NCBI GenBank assembly: GCA_910592345.1
Contig: CAJVPI010000142.1
Coordinates: 1 to 49,531 of the forward strand
Direction: 5' to 3'
Length of the DNA stretch: 49,531 nt
Source of the DNA: Paraglomus brasilianum
Lineage: Eukaryota
Both the position numbers and the translations under genes were made by a program. Of the stretch, positions 24,529-38,381 are shown one piece after another. Numbering within the stretch: position 1 is the first letter of the stretch; the number at the start of each line of letters is the position of its first letter. Under the pieces are notes generated by a model. The model did not search any database. It worked only from the letters and a program-made list of their open reading frames with translations, and had not been told where the DNA came from.

Positions 24529-27500
24529 ATGATGGTGGGACAGATTACATCTCCGATCTGCATTTTGACATAAACAGAAACATGAGTCAGGAGAACAAAT
24601 ACTAATCTTAGTCATCAAATATTTTTAATCAGAATCAGAATGTCAATCAAAATCAAAACATAGCCACGAACGTTGATATACAACCATACACACATCCATC
24701 TAATCAAACGCGAACACGACAACGCCCGAATGATTTCTCTAGCGATCACATCGAGAAACGAAGACGGCCATCTGGTGATGATTTATTACAAAGACAGATA
24801 ATGCTATCATCGCAACACCAGCAACAACCTTTACCGTCTCCACCATTACGATTGCCGTTGAATGGACCCGGCCAATCCGTTACTACATCGTACTACTCGC
24901 AGCAGAACGGAAATTCATACCAGCAAGGAATAACTGGTGGACAATTACATGGAAATCACACCGTTCTCGATCAACAGCAGCTAACTCAGTCAAATACTAC
25001 CGAGCAACTGAAAACGTATCTGGAGAAGGTAATTTAATTGCTAGAGTCGAGTCTACTGATAAGGTAGTTTACTATTTTCCATGTTGTATTCGTTGTTATT
25101 AAACAGATTCGGCTATCGGAATTATTCAAGCAGGAGAGACAAAAGTTGTTGGCGAGTGCAGGTCAGAAAATGCAAAAGGCTCACGAATTAGAACAATTAC
25201 AAGCTCGGCTGATGACAGGATCTCAAACTCAGAATGTATTACAGAGTTATCAAGGTTAGTTGTATCCTACTATCTATATATACACAATACAGCATGGTTA
25301 CCACCATCTTGTACTTAACTGTATTTGCCCATTTTTAATTCATTTCTGTATTCTAATTGGCCTATTGCTTAATTTCTGTTTATGTCTATTCCGTGTTTGT
25401 TGATCATGCTATTTATAGCAATCGCAAATCAACCATTCGTACAAAATACATTAGTATCCCCTACACTCCCAACCCAGCAACACAATGCTACTCAATCAGG
25501 ACAACAGCAGGTTGTGACATCTCCTATATCGCCACAAACAGCACAGGCTATATCACGTGTTCCAATCAGCCCGCAATCCGCTCAACCGATGGCATCTCAA
25601 CAAGAACTTATACAACCAGCTCATCAAAATTATGTCCAGCAGTATCAGATGCTTGTCTCTCCACAGTCACAACAACAGCAACATCAACAACAGCAACATC
25701 AACAACAGCAACATCAACAACAGCAACATCAACATCAACAACAACCGCAACATCAACAACCGCAGCATCAACAACAACTTCAATATCAACAACTTCAGCA
25801 GCAGCAGCAGCAGCAGCAGCAAAGTTATTTGCCTCCGTCGCGTCGAAATTCTCAATTACAATTAATGGCTGCCGCCCAGCAATCACTTCAAGCACAGCAA
25901 TCTCAACAATCACAGGTACAACAAGCACAGCAGCAACAGATCCGATTTTACAATCAACAATCGCAAATGCAGGCTCAATATGGCCCAAGCTACCAGGAAG
26001 TAATGAGACAAAATAACCAGAGATTAGACGGATTAAAATTAGAATTACAAAAAAAACAATCTTACGTATCTGCGTGTAAAGAGTTATGTGATTGGTTGAA
26101 AGATGCAAAGGCATATGAAAACCCTGTACTCGATGGTATATATGCATGCCTAGAAGTAAGTTTCAGTTGGTAAAACATGGTGTCTGACGATCGACTACAT
26201 CCGCTAATTAAATATAAATAATTTTTATAGGTAATATCAAAAAGAGCTTTAGCATTTGGATCACAGATTGGATTTCAAGTAATTTCGGTTGCAGCAGATC
26301 ATATCGAACGATTACGTTTACAAATGGGATCCAGAGTGGATGATGTTTTACGTTGGCGAAATGAGCTAGCTTCCAAGCTATCTCCAGCATCTGTCTCGGG
26401 TCCTCCATTAGGGGGATCTGTGACGCCAACTTATCCAAGGACCCCGCAAGGACAAAATATGCCACAAATGTTGCAAATGTCACAAACACCGCAACCAACC
26501 AAGCCACAAGTATCACTACCAATACTTACTCAAACTTCCGGAGGATACTCTAATGTGGCGGGGCCCATAATACCGACTCGATCTGGCGCTCCAACAACAA
26601 ACGTACAATCAATGACATCATCGGCACCTAACGCACAGTCATCCATAGTTCCAACTCAAGGAAATTATGTAAATAGTGTACATAGGGGGAGTACGAACTA
26701 TGCTGCATCTGTGCAACAATCAACAGTGCCTTCATCACCGTCTGTGAAGCACGATGATTGTTTTAGGGAGCCAGGTCAGGACAACAATAAGCACGCAGCC
26801 TTATTTTGTAGACCTTTTGAATATGCAGTCAAGCCTCAGGTCTTACAGCATAAGGCAGCGGTAACACCGTTCACTTTTGCCATATCATCGAGCTATTTTA
26901 AAAGGCTTTACAGGTAAATTTCAAAGTCGAACATCGATTCAACAATCTGGTTATTCTTAAATACCAACAATTGCCATCGAATAGACGTGTAAACTTATAC
27001 TTTAAATTTATTTTGTAGTCCCGACAAACAATATCACATAACCGTCAACACCCCATTGTCTCACCTACCATTAACGTACGTTCTGAAATCATGCAAGGCG
27101 ACAAGTACTATCGATGATAAATGCGAGTGGCCTGATGGTTTGCGTGTATATCTGAATCGTATGGAAGTTAAGCTGGAAAAAAAGACAAAAACGCCTGTTC
27201 CCGGCAGGCAAGGACAGTTCACTTATACGGGAAGAGATCGGCCAGCGGATTTGAGGCCATACTTGAGAGAAGGGGATAATCTTATGTGCTTGGAACAGAC
27301 CACATGCTGTTGCGTGAGTTGAAACAAATTTTTCTGCGAGTTTTTGGTTATTGACTACTGAGACGAAGAAACTAATGCATTGTCTTAAATATTGTAGTCT
27401 TATCGGTTCTCGGTGGAGATACTGTTAAGAGAATCGGAAGATCTCATTCTACATTACGTGCGAAGGAAGCATTTATCAGAACAAGATGGAATTGCAAATG

Positions 27501-28703
27501 GTAAGACTTATCAAATAAAGTATGCCAAAGTTTCACTTTGCCAATAATGTCTACTAACACGTATATCATTCTATTAGTTGATCGTCTACTATCTGGTGGT
27601 AAGTTACCAAGCTTTTTTTTGTACAAGTAGTGACTTTTTGCAACGTCCCTTTCTCACATATCGCAAACATTCCAGTTGTCGTTGGTTTGGATGACGATGA
27701 TATTGAAGTTAGGCAAGAGGTCATCAAAATCAGCATGAAGTGTCCCTTAAGCCTGTTAAGAATAAAAGAACCAGTAAAGGGAGCTAAATGTCGGCATGTG
27801 GCTGTAAGCAACTTTTCTTGTATAATTATGCCTCGGAAACGGGTTAACGGTATGATGGAACTTACTTTGTTCTTTTCTTTAGTGTTTCGACTTGTCAAGC
27901 TATCTAGCGGTCAATCAAGCAAATCAGACTTGGAGATGCCCCGATTGCCAGTAAGTGGAATAAAGCTTTAATTCAAGGAATGGAGACATTTTAAACTAAC
28001 CGTTTCACTTTCTGGTGTATAGTAACAAAGTATACGCCAACGATTTAAGAGTTGACAAATTCTTTATGAAATTGCTGAAGGAAGTGCCCGAGTAAGCCAA
28101 GCAGTCTTTTTCCCCGAGAACATCTATTTACTCTCATTAGCCGGTTAAACTAATAAGACACCTTTTGTATAAACCAGAAATGTAGAAATGGTTGAACTAG
28201 GTCCAAATGGCACATGGAAACCAGTAGCAGATGTGACGCAGGGCGGTGACGGGGAAGGCTCGTCAGATGAAGACGAAACGGCTACAGGCCCGCGATCAAA
28301 GAGTTCACAACCAGAAGTTGTCGTTCTTGCTGACAGTGACGATGAGCAAGCGCCGCCATCGCGCCCTCAATTTAGACAAACCCTGCCGCCCTCTCAGTCA
28401 ACTTCACAGTCATTTGCTCAGTCATCCACACTGCCGTCATCCGGACAATCTACTCAAATACAAACGCAGCATTCTCCATCTCCAATTCGGACGTCACAGA
28501 GCGTGCAGCCAATGGATGTGGATCCTCCGTATGTATCAAGCGAGAATCGACGGTCTTATTCCTCGTCGTCTTCGACACCAGGGACAAAACAACCACGCCG
28601 TTATTTCCCCACACCGGGCAGTAATTATCAGCTACAGTTTCAGCAACTACTGCTGCAAACAGAGAATGGTTTCAATAATGGTAAGGTTCTCTCGTATACA
28701 TAA
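24529..28703 (+). CDS. ZMIZ1: ZMIZ1-like SP-RING (MIZ zinc finger) protein with a polyQ tract and a Zmiz1_N-like domain; multi-exon; start uncertain
   Basis: SP-RING ISMKCPLSLLRIKEPVKGAKCRHVA|CFDLSSYL...WRCPDC; ZMIZ-type signature EQTTCCC|SYRF and CEWPDGLRVYLN; helical N-domain at 25997-26368; SIM-like PEVVVLADSDDE. The proposed first exon is ATGATG at 24529-24534 with intron 24535-24611, but the donor is weak. Confidence 0.85.
25670..25822 (+). repeat. CAA/CAG/CAT coding microsatellite (polyQ with periodic His)
   Basis: Repeated CAACAGCAACATCAA units followed by (CAG)n, encoding QQQQHQQQQH...QQQQQQQQQ. Confidence 0.95.
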
Positions 28704-30655
28704 TCATGTCTGTAGTTAATCTTGAGTTATATATAGTGTGCATGAGAATAGACTAAATAAATGAATGAATGAATGGATGATTCGTTGAATGGACGAATAA
28801 CATTTTTATGATGTTCGCCGGTTATTAGGGAAGAGTTCATATTCTCCCAAAAAGACATATATAGAAACCGTTAATAAGCAAACACCCATGATGAAGGAAG
28901 TGGAAGAAGAGGAAGAGGAGGAGGAAGAGACGATAATGTCTTCAGCTTCTTTCCAACGTCCTGTCGAGACAACTCGCTCAAATTGCAACTCTACGTAAAA
29001 CATATTGGTTTTAGAGGTGGGTTGACTGTTGTCTACATTTTTAATATAAGCGTATATATTTTTCTCTTGTATGCTTTTCTTTATACCACGCTGTTTCATG
29101 AATCTTAAAGTGAGGGGGTGAACCAAGGAACAAACAATGTTCTAAAGTAAGTGAAGAAAGCGGGACAATTACTAGATCAAGATCTGTTTCCAAATCTAAT
29201 TAGTTAATCAGATTCATCTGGAAGAATTATTATAGCAAAAGCAGAATTGCATTTTGTGAAAATTTAGCAAGTAGAAAATTATTAAGTAGAAAAAATCATA
29301 AGCCAATGTAAATATATTGTAATTAACTTCATTTTCATTAGAAAATAGTAAGTTTAGAAAACCATTATGAAATTCAAAGTAAAGTAAAATTTGTAATCTG
29401 TGCTATCAGTAGCTTTTATGCTGCTGTGTCAGCATCATTGTGGGAGAGAGACACGAACACCTCAAAATCAAGAAATACAGCATGTGTTGCATGCCGACGG
29501 AAGAAAGTCCTTGTACTTGAATTCTGGTTTGTTTCTTGTTGTCTGGTGAACTTTTTTTTTACCTCGAAAATTACAGCGAACAAGTAGAACGTCGCTTTTT
29601 TCGTTTCGGGGCTCATTAGTAGCGAAAAGCGTAGCAAGTCGTACTAGTATTTTGACAGGGATAATCGGGACGCGGGATAGCAAAACTGGGATCATCTTTA
29701 CACGTCTTGGTACGCGTAAAATATGTGCGATTTGAATATACCAGCAGTAATCTTTTGAAGGCTAAAACAATAAACCCTCGAGTTGCTCTATGTTAAATCT
29801 TCACGCTACACGATACTAAAATAAATCCCGCCTATTCATTATTGTTGGGAGTGCTACTCTTATACAATTTACAGCAATAATTACAGTAACTGAAGTGTAA
29901 TATTGTGTATATACAAACAATCACGTCTGGCCTTCACCAGTTCTCGAGAGCATATTAAAGTACTATTTATACGTTTATGTACATGTAATGATTTAAGTAA
30001 TCTTGGCGTTGCTTATTCATGACGCGTGATACGGTTGCTTTTGATTTGAAAGTAAAATGATTTATCTTTCAAAATTAATAATATAATACATATTAGTATG
30101 CTCTGGTAAGGGAATTCCAGATATAATCAGTTCAGTCTTTGACTTTACCATTTTATTGATTTTAATCACCATATAGTATTTATGAAAAATACAGCTAAAC
30201 ACTTGATTGTCTGTTCCAGTGCCCTGAGACTTTTAAATTACAGTGGAAATTATAAAGTTGCTGAAAACTCTTGCATCAACTTTAATCAATAGTCTGCAAA
30301 TCAATTATACAGCACATTTATTGATAATATGATAAAATTGGTTTGGCAAAGCTCATTTGCTGAATTAGCCTCTTTTTTTGATCAGCATTATATTTTATTA
30401 ACTGTTGAATTTCCTTAAAATTAGCTCAAAAATTGTGTGGCGCTACTTGCCCCCAAAAAAATCGCATTTTTTTGTCCTATAAAAAGTACAAATTATTGTA
30501 AATTTTGTTAAATTATGTCGTTCAGCTCGACTAAAGCACCCCAGCTACAAATATAACGAGACATTATTGTATGCTTAATTTATTGTAATAATACACCCAA
30601 ATCATGTACGGTTAAAAACTATACCTTTTTTGAGACAAATTGTCAAACACTATAA

Positions 30656-30690
30656 TTGTTGTTGTTGTTATTATTATTATTATTATTATT
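30656..30690. repeat. Compound (TTG)n(TTA)n microsatellite
   Basis: TTGTTGTTGTTGTTATTATTATTATTATTATTATT is read directly from the sequence. Confidence 0.9.
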
Positions 30691-32969
30691 TATTGAGAAA
30701 ATTAATTGAGAATAAATACTTATATGAATAGATGTAACATTGTCTAAATAGTTTATCTTGTTTAGCTTAAAATTCTATGCTTAAATTTTTTACTTATTTA
30801 CGTCTTATATTGCGCTGTAAATTTGGTAAAAATTATTATTAAGACAAAAGGAATGCAGTATAGAATTAGATTTTACGTGGTTAAATAGCAATTTTGAACT
30901 ACCGTCTGAAGGTTAAAATTGCTCCACAAATTGTTTTCTTCTTTGTAGAAAGCTTATAAGATTGTTCAAAGTGTGGTTCGTCAACAGTAATTTTTAATCT
31001 CGAGTGAAAACAATTTTATATTTGCTCCGTACACGTACAAAAGCGCCAACGTTTTTATATATAGACGCTAGTAACATAGATTATCAGCATTATTAATAAG
31101 CTCAAGCCTATTAGTTACAGAAATTTAAATTTAAAAAAGTTACACAAATTATGTAATTTTTAACACCCACCTACGTAATTCTATTTAATTTACAATTGTA
31201 ATTTATACAACTTGTCGAACTTATATACCATGTATGTATCGCTTATTTACCAAATTTGCCCTACATACCACGTACCCACGCAAGCTGATATAATTAGATA
31301 GTTGTATGTTTATATAAACAATCCAGAATTGTAATTTGCGTACCAAAGTTATTGTGGATTTGAATTTTAGAAATTTCAGCCAACAGACAGCATACTTATT
31401 GTTTTAGAATGTCATCTTAATGTGAATTACCAAAAGAAGTATTTTGCAGCCAGATTAGAGATTGACTTGTATAGTTTTCTTTTTTAATGCAATTGACAAA
31501 ATTTAATACAATAAAAACCTCATGTAAACAGTCTGTATTAAACATTTAAAACAGACTATTACTATTATCATGTTAAATTTAACTCTATGATGTTCACTAC
31601 GCGAGCAAGTGACGACAACCATTATTGAAGACAAGTTCATCCTTTATTCCCACCAATGTTGATGTTACTATATCTAATATTTAATGACTGTGAGGTTTCA
31701 TATAAACGAAATTGGAAGGCTTCTTACGCCTACTTCTGAGAATGTTCCACAATTAATTGTTTGCCTTCCTTGTTTTATTAATTTATCAATAAATTATTTA
31801 TATTATCTGTATTAAACTGTCCATATTTTGAGTAAAAACCTTCACGCAAGTCACTCATAGATTTTAAATTATACAACACAAATGTGCCATACCGGTACTT
31901 TACAGGAACAATAGCAAAAAACTACAAGGTGTATAACTTTTCTTAAAATATTTGTGACCGCAAATAAATCGTATCCACCACTCCATGTATGCATCTCAGT
32001 ACCAATAAGTTTTGAATAACATGTTACGTGTTTTCTGAGAATCGATTGATTGACGCATATATTAATAAACGTTTGTCTAATCATTTTCATATCTATTGTT
32101 AGATAACTCGGTTCCGTATTTGTCCGATGGAAGGCAAGTTGACTATCTATCCAAATCTACGAAATTACTTATTTTGGATATAACAATAACTACAATAAGT
32201 AATATAAATATTGTATCCGAATATGTGCTTTTCAGTCTCTCATTCAAATTTGTTAATACAACGGATACGGTAATAATCGCGATAAGCGAGAATTTCACAA
32301 GTCTGTGAACGCAGTGTATACATGTGGTTTGATAATATTGAGGCAACAAAAGGGCTTTCAAACGTTACGACTTGAGAGAGTAAACAAGAAAGCATCTTGT
32401 TCATCATTAACACCTGAGCTTGTGTTGCATACAACTTTGTATAACAATTGAGACGATACAGCCCATGATTATACCTACCATATTTATCATTTGGCTTGCA
32501 TTTGTCAAATACCCGCCGTATAAGTTATTTATTCGAACGTCAATGGACGTGTCAGCTCATTGGTTCATGGGAACAATTCGTTGATATCCAGGCAGGACAG
32601 AAAAGTCTTTCCTTCTTGGTACATGTATGAGCATTTTATATTTGGTAAACACAGTGTATGCTCGGTGTTTGTCCTTTTGGCTTGCGTGATGATAACGCCA
32701 CTAGCTTAATAGGGGATGAATGGATTGTAGGTCGTACATACCTAATGACATTATGTCCTGACAGTACTAATAACACATTCAAATGTTCGAGAGAAAAATG
32801 GAAGGGGGGAAATAAGGTTCACTCGGTATAATTGGTAATGATTTTCAACGACTTGATAAACAAATTTAAGGTTAAGGCCAGCAAATAAGTACGGGTAGTA
32901 CGCAAGTGGTTATTAAAAAAGATATTATAATATGATTAAATCAAGTGAAGTGATCAAAGTCCTGTAGAA

Positions 32970-33082
32970 GAATCTGGTTCATTTCCCCGACAATCACTTC
33001 CCCGACAGTCGTTTCCCCGACAAATGCTCGCCAGCATTATTTCGAAATTATCCTTTTTTGGAACGGGGAAATGAACGGATCC
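32970..33082. mobile_element. Small MITE-like element with TTCCCCGACA subrepeats
   Basis: Inverted GTTCATTTCCCCG / CGGGGAAATGAAC, and three tandem TTCCCCGACA units at the left end. No clear TSD. Confidence 0.55.
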
Positions 33083-36000
33083 CCCATTGGTGGATCAAAG
33101 AAATTCGTGTCCAAAATACCCCCCTCCCCTTATAAACTGAATATAGTAGCGTATTACCAGCGTTCTCTCCGACCGATGTGCAGTTAGGTGATTGGGAAAG
33201 ACGACATTGGGCTGCATGCAATGCAGCACCAGTTGAAAACAATTCGATGTTCCAAAGGTCAAGAAAAAATAAAAAGAAATGTACTTACATTTTAATGATG
33301 CACAAGTAAAGCAGGATCAGAACGTATACCCCTAAAGAGAGAGATAGGACAGAAAAACCGTGTTGCATATTTTCTATTTCGAATTCATAATTCGACCGAT
33401 CTGTAACGGTTCATCGTATAGATAAACGTTTTGTGCTCTCCTCAGCTATCACTAATTTGAAATTAAGATTACGTCAATGTTTGCATCTTCCATAATAAAC
33501 TTTTGCTACTGCTTGTCTTTATCCAATTGGCTCTTGTTCTACATGCAACTTGCTGCCTACTTACGTCAACTTTCTCAATCGACTACTCCCCTGTTTATAA
33601 CGCAATTAATACTGATAGTGTGACGGCATAAAGGATCTATAATACTGTCATATCGGTCCTCTATGCGCAAATAGTGTCGTATGGCACATTTCCGTACATT
33701 TCCCGTACCACCAACGGGCTGCATCGACAGGTGAGCCGTTGGTGGTAATGCTTGGGGAATACAAAACCATGCTCTGGTTTGTTCTACTCCTTTCGCTTGT
33801 TTCAGTAAATGACTTCTTCACGCGATTGGCCAACGTAGGTATTTTGTACACCAGTTTTTAAGGGCTTTGATCTGCAACAAGTATCGCATGTGCTTAGTAA
33901 TAAACTTACGAGAAAATGGGGGTGTGTTTGCAGTAAGGAGAAGGCAGGTGGAGGAGAGGGACTATCGATCAATGTTCGATAAAGCGTATGAACAGAAAGT
34001 AAATTATAATAAAGTAAACACATAACTGGTGTAAACAATAAACATCGTCAGTACCACATAAACAAGATGTCTGCTGACTGCATAACAAGGAATAAATTAA
34101 GTTATATTAAATGCACTGTATTTATACTATTACGTCGTTTTCACCTTCCTGGATATAGTGTCCCCTGCCCGCTATCTCTAACCAAGACAAGTAATAAAAA
34201 ACCGCCGATATTTCCCTATTTTGTCGACGTGGAAAATGCCTTCACTTTATTTGTTCTGAAACTTACCCGCCAGAAAGCGCACAAAGCGATAAATTTGTCA
34301 ATGACAAATGTTTCGTCGTCAGCTTATTCGTACATTTGCAACGCCCTTATCGAGCACCATAAACCTGACCGACACCATGCTACATGGTTATCAACGCCCA
34401 CATCATTGATTCTATTAATTTAATTTAGCTTCTTCGCCATAACAGAACTGGTTTGCTACTGTTTTAGGACGTGAAGAGGGACAAACTAGACGTAATTAGT
34501 TTGGGGCATGACGACTGTTTTCCTAATGTCCCATTTAAATCCATAATCGAATTCCTTTTAAAAATCCAACCTTATCTAATTAGATCTCATTTGCAAAAGA
34601 ACAAAGAGAAAGCGCACTGGCCCTATGATATTCTCGTAACGCTCGAAACATGCTCATTTCCCTCCCCCTTGCCTTGTCTAATTGGAGCTCTCTACGAAAC
34701 GCACTGGCCGTTACTAGACTATACTAAACTATAACTAAAACTCTAACCGCAAACGAGAAAATTTCATATCGTCAAAAAGGTTCATTGGTTCATGTGATTA
34801 ATCCTCAAAGACCTACACCCTGTGCATCAACAATGCTGCAGAGTCCCCCCTGCATCTAAAACTTTGCCTTTGGTAACGAATTAATGAATCACATATAATG
34901 TCATACAGGAACTATTCGTCTAGCAGTTAATTTTGCTTATCTTGCAATGACTGATTATTATGTTGTGTTCATGCCAATTTACGTTAATGGGTTTAGTTCA
35001 ACTAATTGTAAAGAATCTAAGCTTACTGTTAAAATGTAGATCAGGGGCCTATTTAAATGCCCAAATGCCAGCCGTGAAGAAAGACTAGTCCGTTTCCTTC
35101 GAACGTCTTTCTATTACTTCGTTTCTTCGTTCTATCTTCTTACGGGGGACTTTCGATTCGTTCTCCGTGATTAGTCGGGCGACAAATAAAAAATGTAATC
35201 CAAATAGATAAGAATAATAATTTTTTTTCCGACGCAACACATTAGAATGCGCAATGCTCCAACGTAACAAAATATCTCCTGATAGAATGTTCTTCGACTT
35301 CCCATTACGAAACAAGGTATTTTTCTTGTTACAAGAGACGGACTCAATATGATGTGTGACTACATGTCAATGGAACGGCCGAGGCGATTTTGTTTATGGA
35401 AGATGGCTGTTTCTTTTTCGGTTCGAGATCACATATACAACTATTCGCTTTTTCGACAATTTCGTATGTACTACAAATCCACCGACAGATTTATGCGAAT
35501 ACCCCCTCTATCGTCTTAATTTTATGCTTATGGCAGGTGAGTTATATTGTCTGATCTCTCGATTTACGTAGAACAACAAATTAAAGAGCATGTCGCTAAC
35601 CGAGTTTATTGTAAATTCAAACACAAACATCTTGACAAATTTTCTTTTTTCTTTTTTCTTTTTTACTCGTTGATTTCTTATCTACAAAATTGCACACAAT
35701 ATCACAACTTTATTGCATAATTATTTATGTCTTTTGTGTTTCGATGCCTCAGTCATCTGACTGTTATCATGATATGACGCGTTTTCTTATTACGGAAACC
35801 CCGAGTGTACGGTAAATAATATGGCGCCCTAGATTAAGTATGGATTTTAATAAAGATTCACGTCTGTTGTATGCTTGCTTGCGAAAATATTAGCCGGCGA
35901 ATGAATAATGTAACTATTGCTCGAATTTATTAATATACTTAAGTTTGAATGTCCTTCTTTTTCTTTAATGCCCGTTTTAGTAAAATTGCAATTTTGGCAT

Positions 36001-37592
36001 TTTTTATGTGCAAATGATAATTAAACTACACAAAATTAAATACTCTTTTTGGAGAAAAACATTCAAAAAATTTTATTTGGTTAAAAAGGCACATGGCTGT
36101 GTAGAACAAACAAAAGCCTAATTACTAAGTAATCAACAACTTGAGCCTAACTTATTACTATAATTGTAGACATGTGTATAATAATACTATTTTAGTCAAA
36201 ACCAACTTCTTGGCACTAGTAAATATAACATAACAAATAAATTATTACTGGTCTGTTATCTAGGAATTTTTTATTTAGATTTGATTATTTGGGGTTCTAA
36301 ATCAATGTGGTTCAGTCTCGGGCCTTTCCAATTGTGACTCATGCTGCAACGTATAGTTCGAAACTGCGGATTGCAATTGTCGGTTTGATTACAGTCGATT
36401 GCGGTTGATGATCAACGTCTTGCAGAATTGCAGCTCGAGATCAACGTTTTGCAGTTTGAGCTACAATTGCAGTCACAGTCTGAGATTAACATCCCTCATT
36501 GGTTGTAACAAATCGCATTTAGTTTTGTAATTTCCCAAGTTGGGAATTTGCGTCTATAAAAAACGCGGAAAACTACACTTGAATTTATTATATATTAACA
36601 ATTGCCTCTATGTTATTTTGTCTCATCAAAGGATATACTTTAGTTGGGACACATTGCTCTTACCAAAATAAAAGCAGTATTATGAGTAACAAAGATACAG
36701 CATTCTACCAGATAATTCGTTCTTGCTGTCTGTCAGCTTCAAATAATAAGTTAATTTAAGTGGAGAAGAAGGATTATTTTCCTTTCCTCTTCAAGCACTA
36801 CCGATTAATTCTCTAGATAAATATTCTTTTCCTGTTTTGGGCTTCATCAAAGATAATTTCGCTAATGTCTTTTCCACTAAACACTAAGAAAATTTTTTTT
36901 TTTGGTTTTCATTAAACGTTTTCTGAGTATTTATTTTTTTCCAGTTTTTCTAGCAATTTAATAAGACTTGCAAAACAGCGACAAAACTCTACCCAATAAT
37001 TACAGACCTGTGATTTACCTAATTTGATAGTCATCCGACTACTAATGCTAGCATTTTGCTATGCATAAGCATTTATACGTTTATGGTAATTACAATTGAC
37101 GACCTAAGCCAAAATAACATACTGACTCTACGTATATCACGTACAGCCAGTATCAAGGAATAAAATTGTGCTTTTGGATTCTAACTAATGCTTAACTCCC
37201 CTAATAGAATGTAATAGAACCGGTTATAACAATTTTATGCGCTCAAAAAAATTTCCCCATTGCTTTTTGTCAATGGTGTAGAAAATTAGTTTGGTCGCAA
37301 GCTGGACAGTTGAAGCAGTTCTATAGAATTCTTTGACAATTATTGTGAGCTTTGCAAACTAGATGATTAGATACGGTATTTAATTGAGAAAGCTAAGAAA
37401 CTTTCCTTCTTCTTACAGACATGCATAGTATTATGTATTTATAGGTTGTGAAGATGTTTTGAATTCGATACATCAGTGATTAGAGCAGGGTAAGCTGTAG
37501 TTATTAAAATTCTAGCTATAATGCTAGTTGCTTTACTTAATGGCTTTGAAACACGCAGCGGTTATTATTATGAACGTGATCTTATATAGCTA

Positions 37593-37668
37593 TGTTGTGT
37601 CTGAGTTCGGGACTTGTCTCAGTTGTCTCGGTCCAGGACTGAGACAGGTCTCCAACTGAGGTACAACA
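37593..37668. mobile_element. 76-bp TGTTG...CAACA element with a 4-bp TSD (Ginger-like MITE or minimal solo LTR)
   Basis: Ends TGTTGTGTCTGAGTT / AACTGAGGTACAACA form an imperfect inverted repeat, and GCTA is duplicated at 37589-92 and 37669-72. A second partial copy lies at 39399-39430. Confidence 0.7.
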
Positions 37669-38257
37669 GCTATACACATATAAACGCCTGAGCATTATAC
37701 AAACATAGAACGCGTGCTTTACGCACAATTTAAGTAAGTTGGTCAAAGTATTTAGATACAACAGGATTTTTTAGATATGTGTACAAGTTGTTCTGAGACA
37801 TGAAGGAAAGCCCGAGATAGTAGCTAGACTTTTAGAAGCCAATCATCAGGTCCGTTTAGTGTCATAACACAAATTTATCATAGCTTAATATATTGTGTGA
37901 CAAAGTTATTTATATAATAATAATACCAGCTCGTCCGGTTTATAAGTTTCTGAACCGGTGCCCCTGGAATTTTTATGACTCTTACGATGGAAAAACTTTT
38001 GAGCGTTAAAACTGTGAAACTAATAATAAATCGCGTTTGTTCCCATTATGTTATACAAAAGCTTACGAGCGCAGCCGTTCTAAAAAAATTTTCAGTAAGT
38101 CGAAGTTACAGTATACTCCTGCTTTACTTTTTGTACCGCATCATTAGATGATAGTTTAATAAAAATTATATACAACTTTTTGCTCCATATACTAATATAA
38201 TGTAACAGTAGCTTTGTACCAATTTTAAAAAAGAATATCAAACTTACCGTATTTCCT

Positions 38258-38381
38258 TGACCCGAGCAAAAGTACCCTTCAGCAATTTTGAGGCCTGATT
38301 TTGTAAAAAACCCGGGTACTATTTCGAAAAAAATCAACATTATCGAGTAAGTAAAATACCCGGTTATTATACTACACTCTA
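38258..38381 (-). mobile_element. Possible hAT-type transposon end fragment
   Basis: Minus-strand terminus TAGAGTGTAG with clustered ACCCG/CGGGT subterminal motifs. No partner end was found. Confidence 0.3.

Noticed and set aside
25357..26147. Long alternative-frame and antisense ORFs (poly-Thr/Ala, poly-Asn, poly-Val/Leu)
   Set aside because: They are shadows of the CAA/CAG polyQ tract of the ZMIZ1-like gene.
28806..29695. Minus-strand ORFs (106, 73 and 75 aa) that could form one gene
   Set aside because: No recognisable domain and no consistent splice path; at best a pseudogene fragment.
31590..32630. Protein-like minus-strand fragments (IWIDSQLAFHRTNTEPSY...)
   Set aside because: Multiple frameshifts and stops and no family recognised; cannot be supported as a gene.
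37216..38081. Possible TIR pair starting TAGAAC(C)GG
   Set aside because: The similarity is limited to about 8 bp and there is no TSD.
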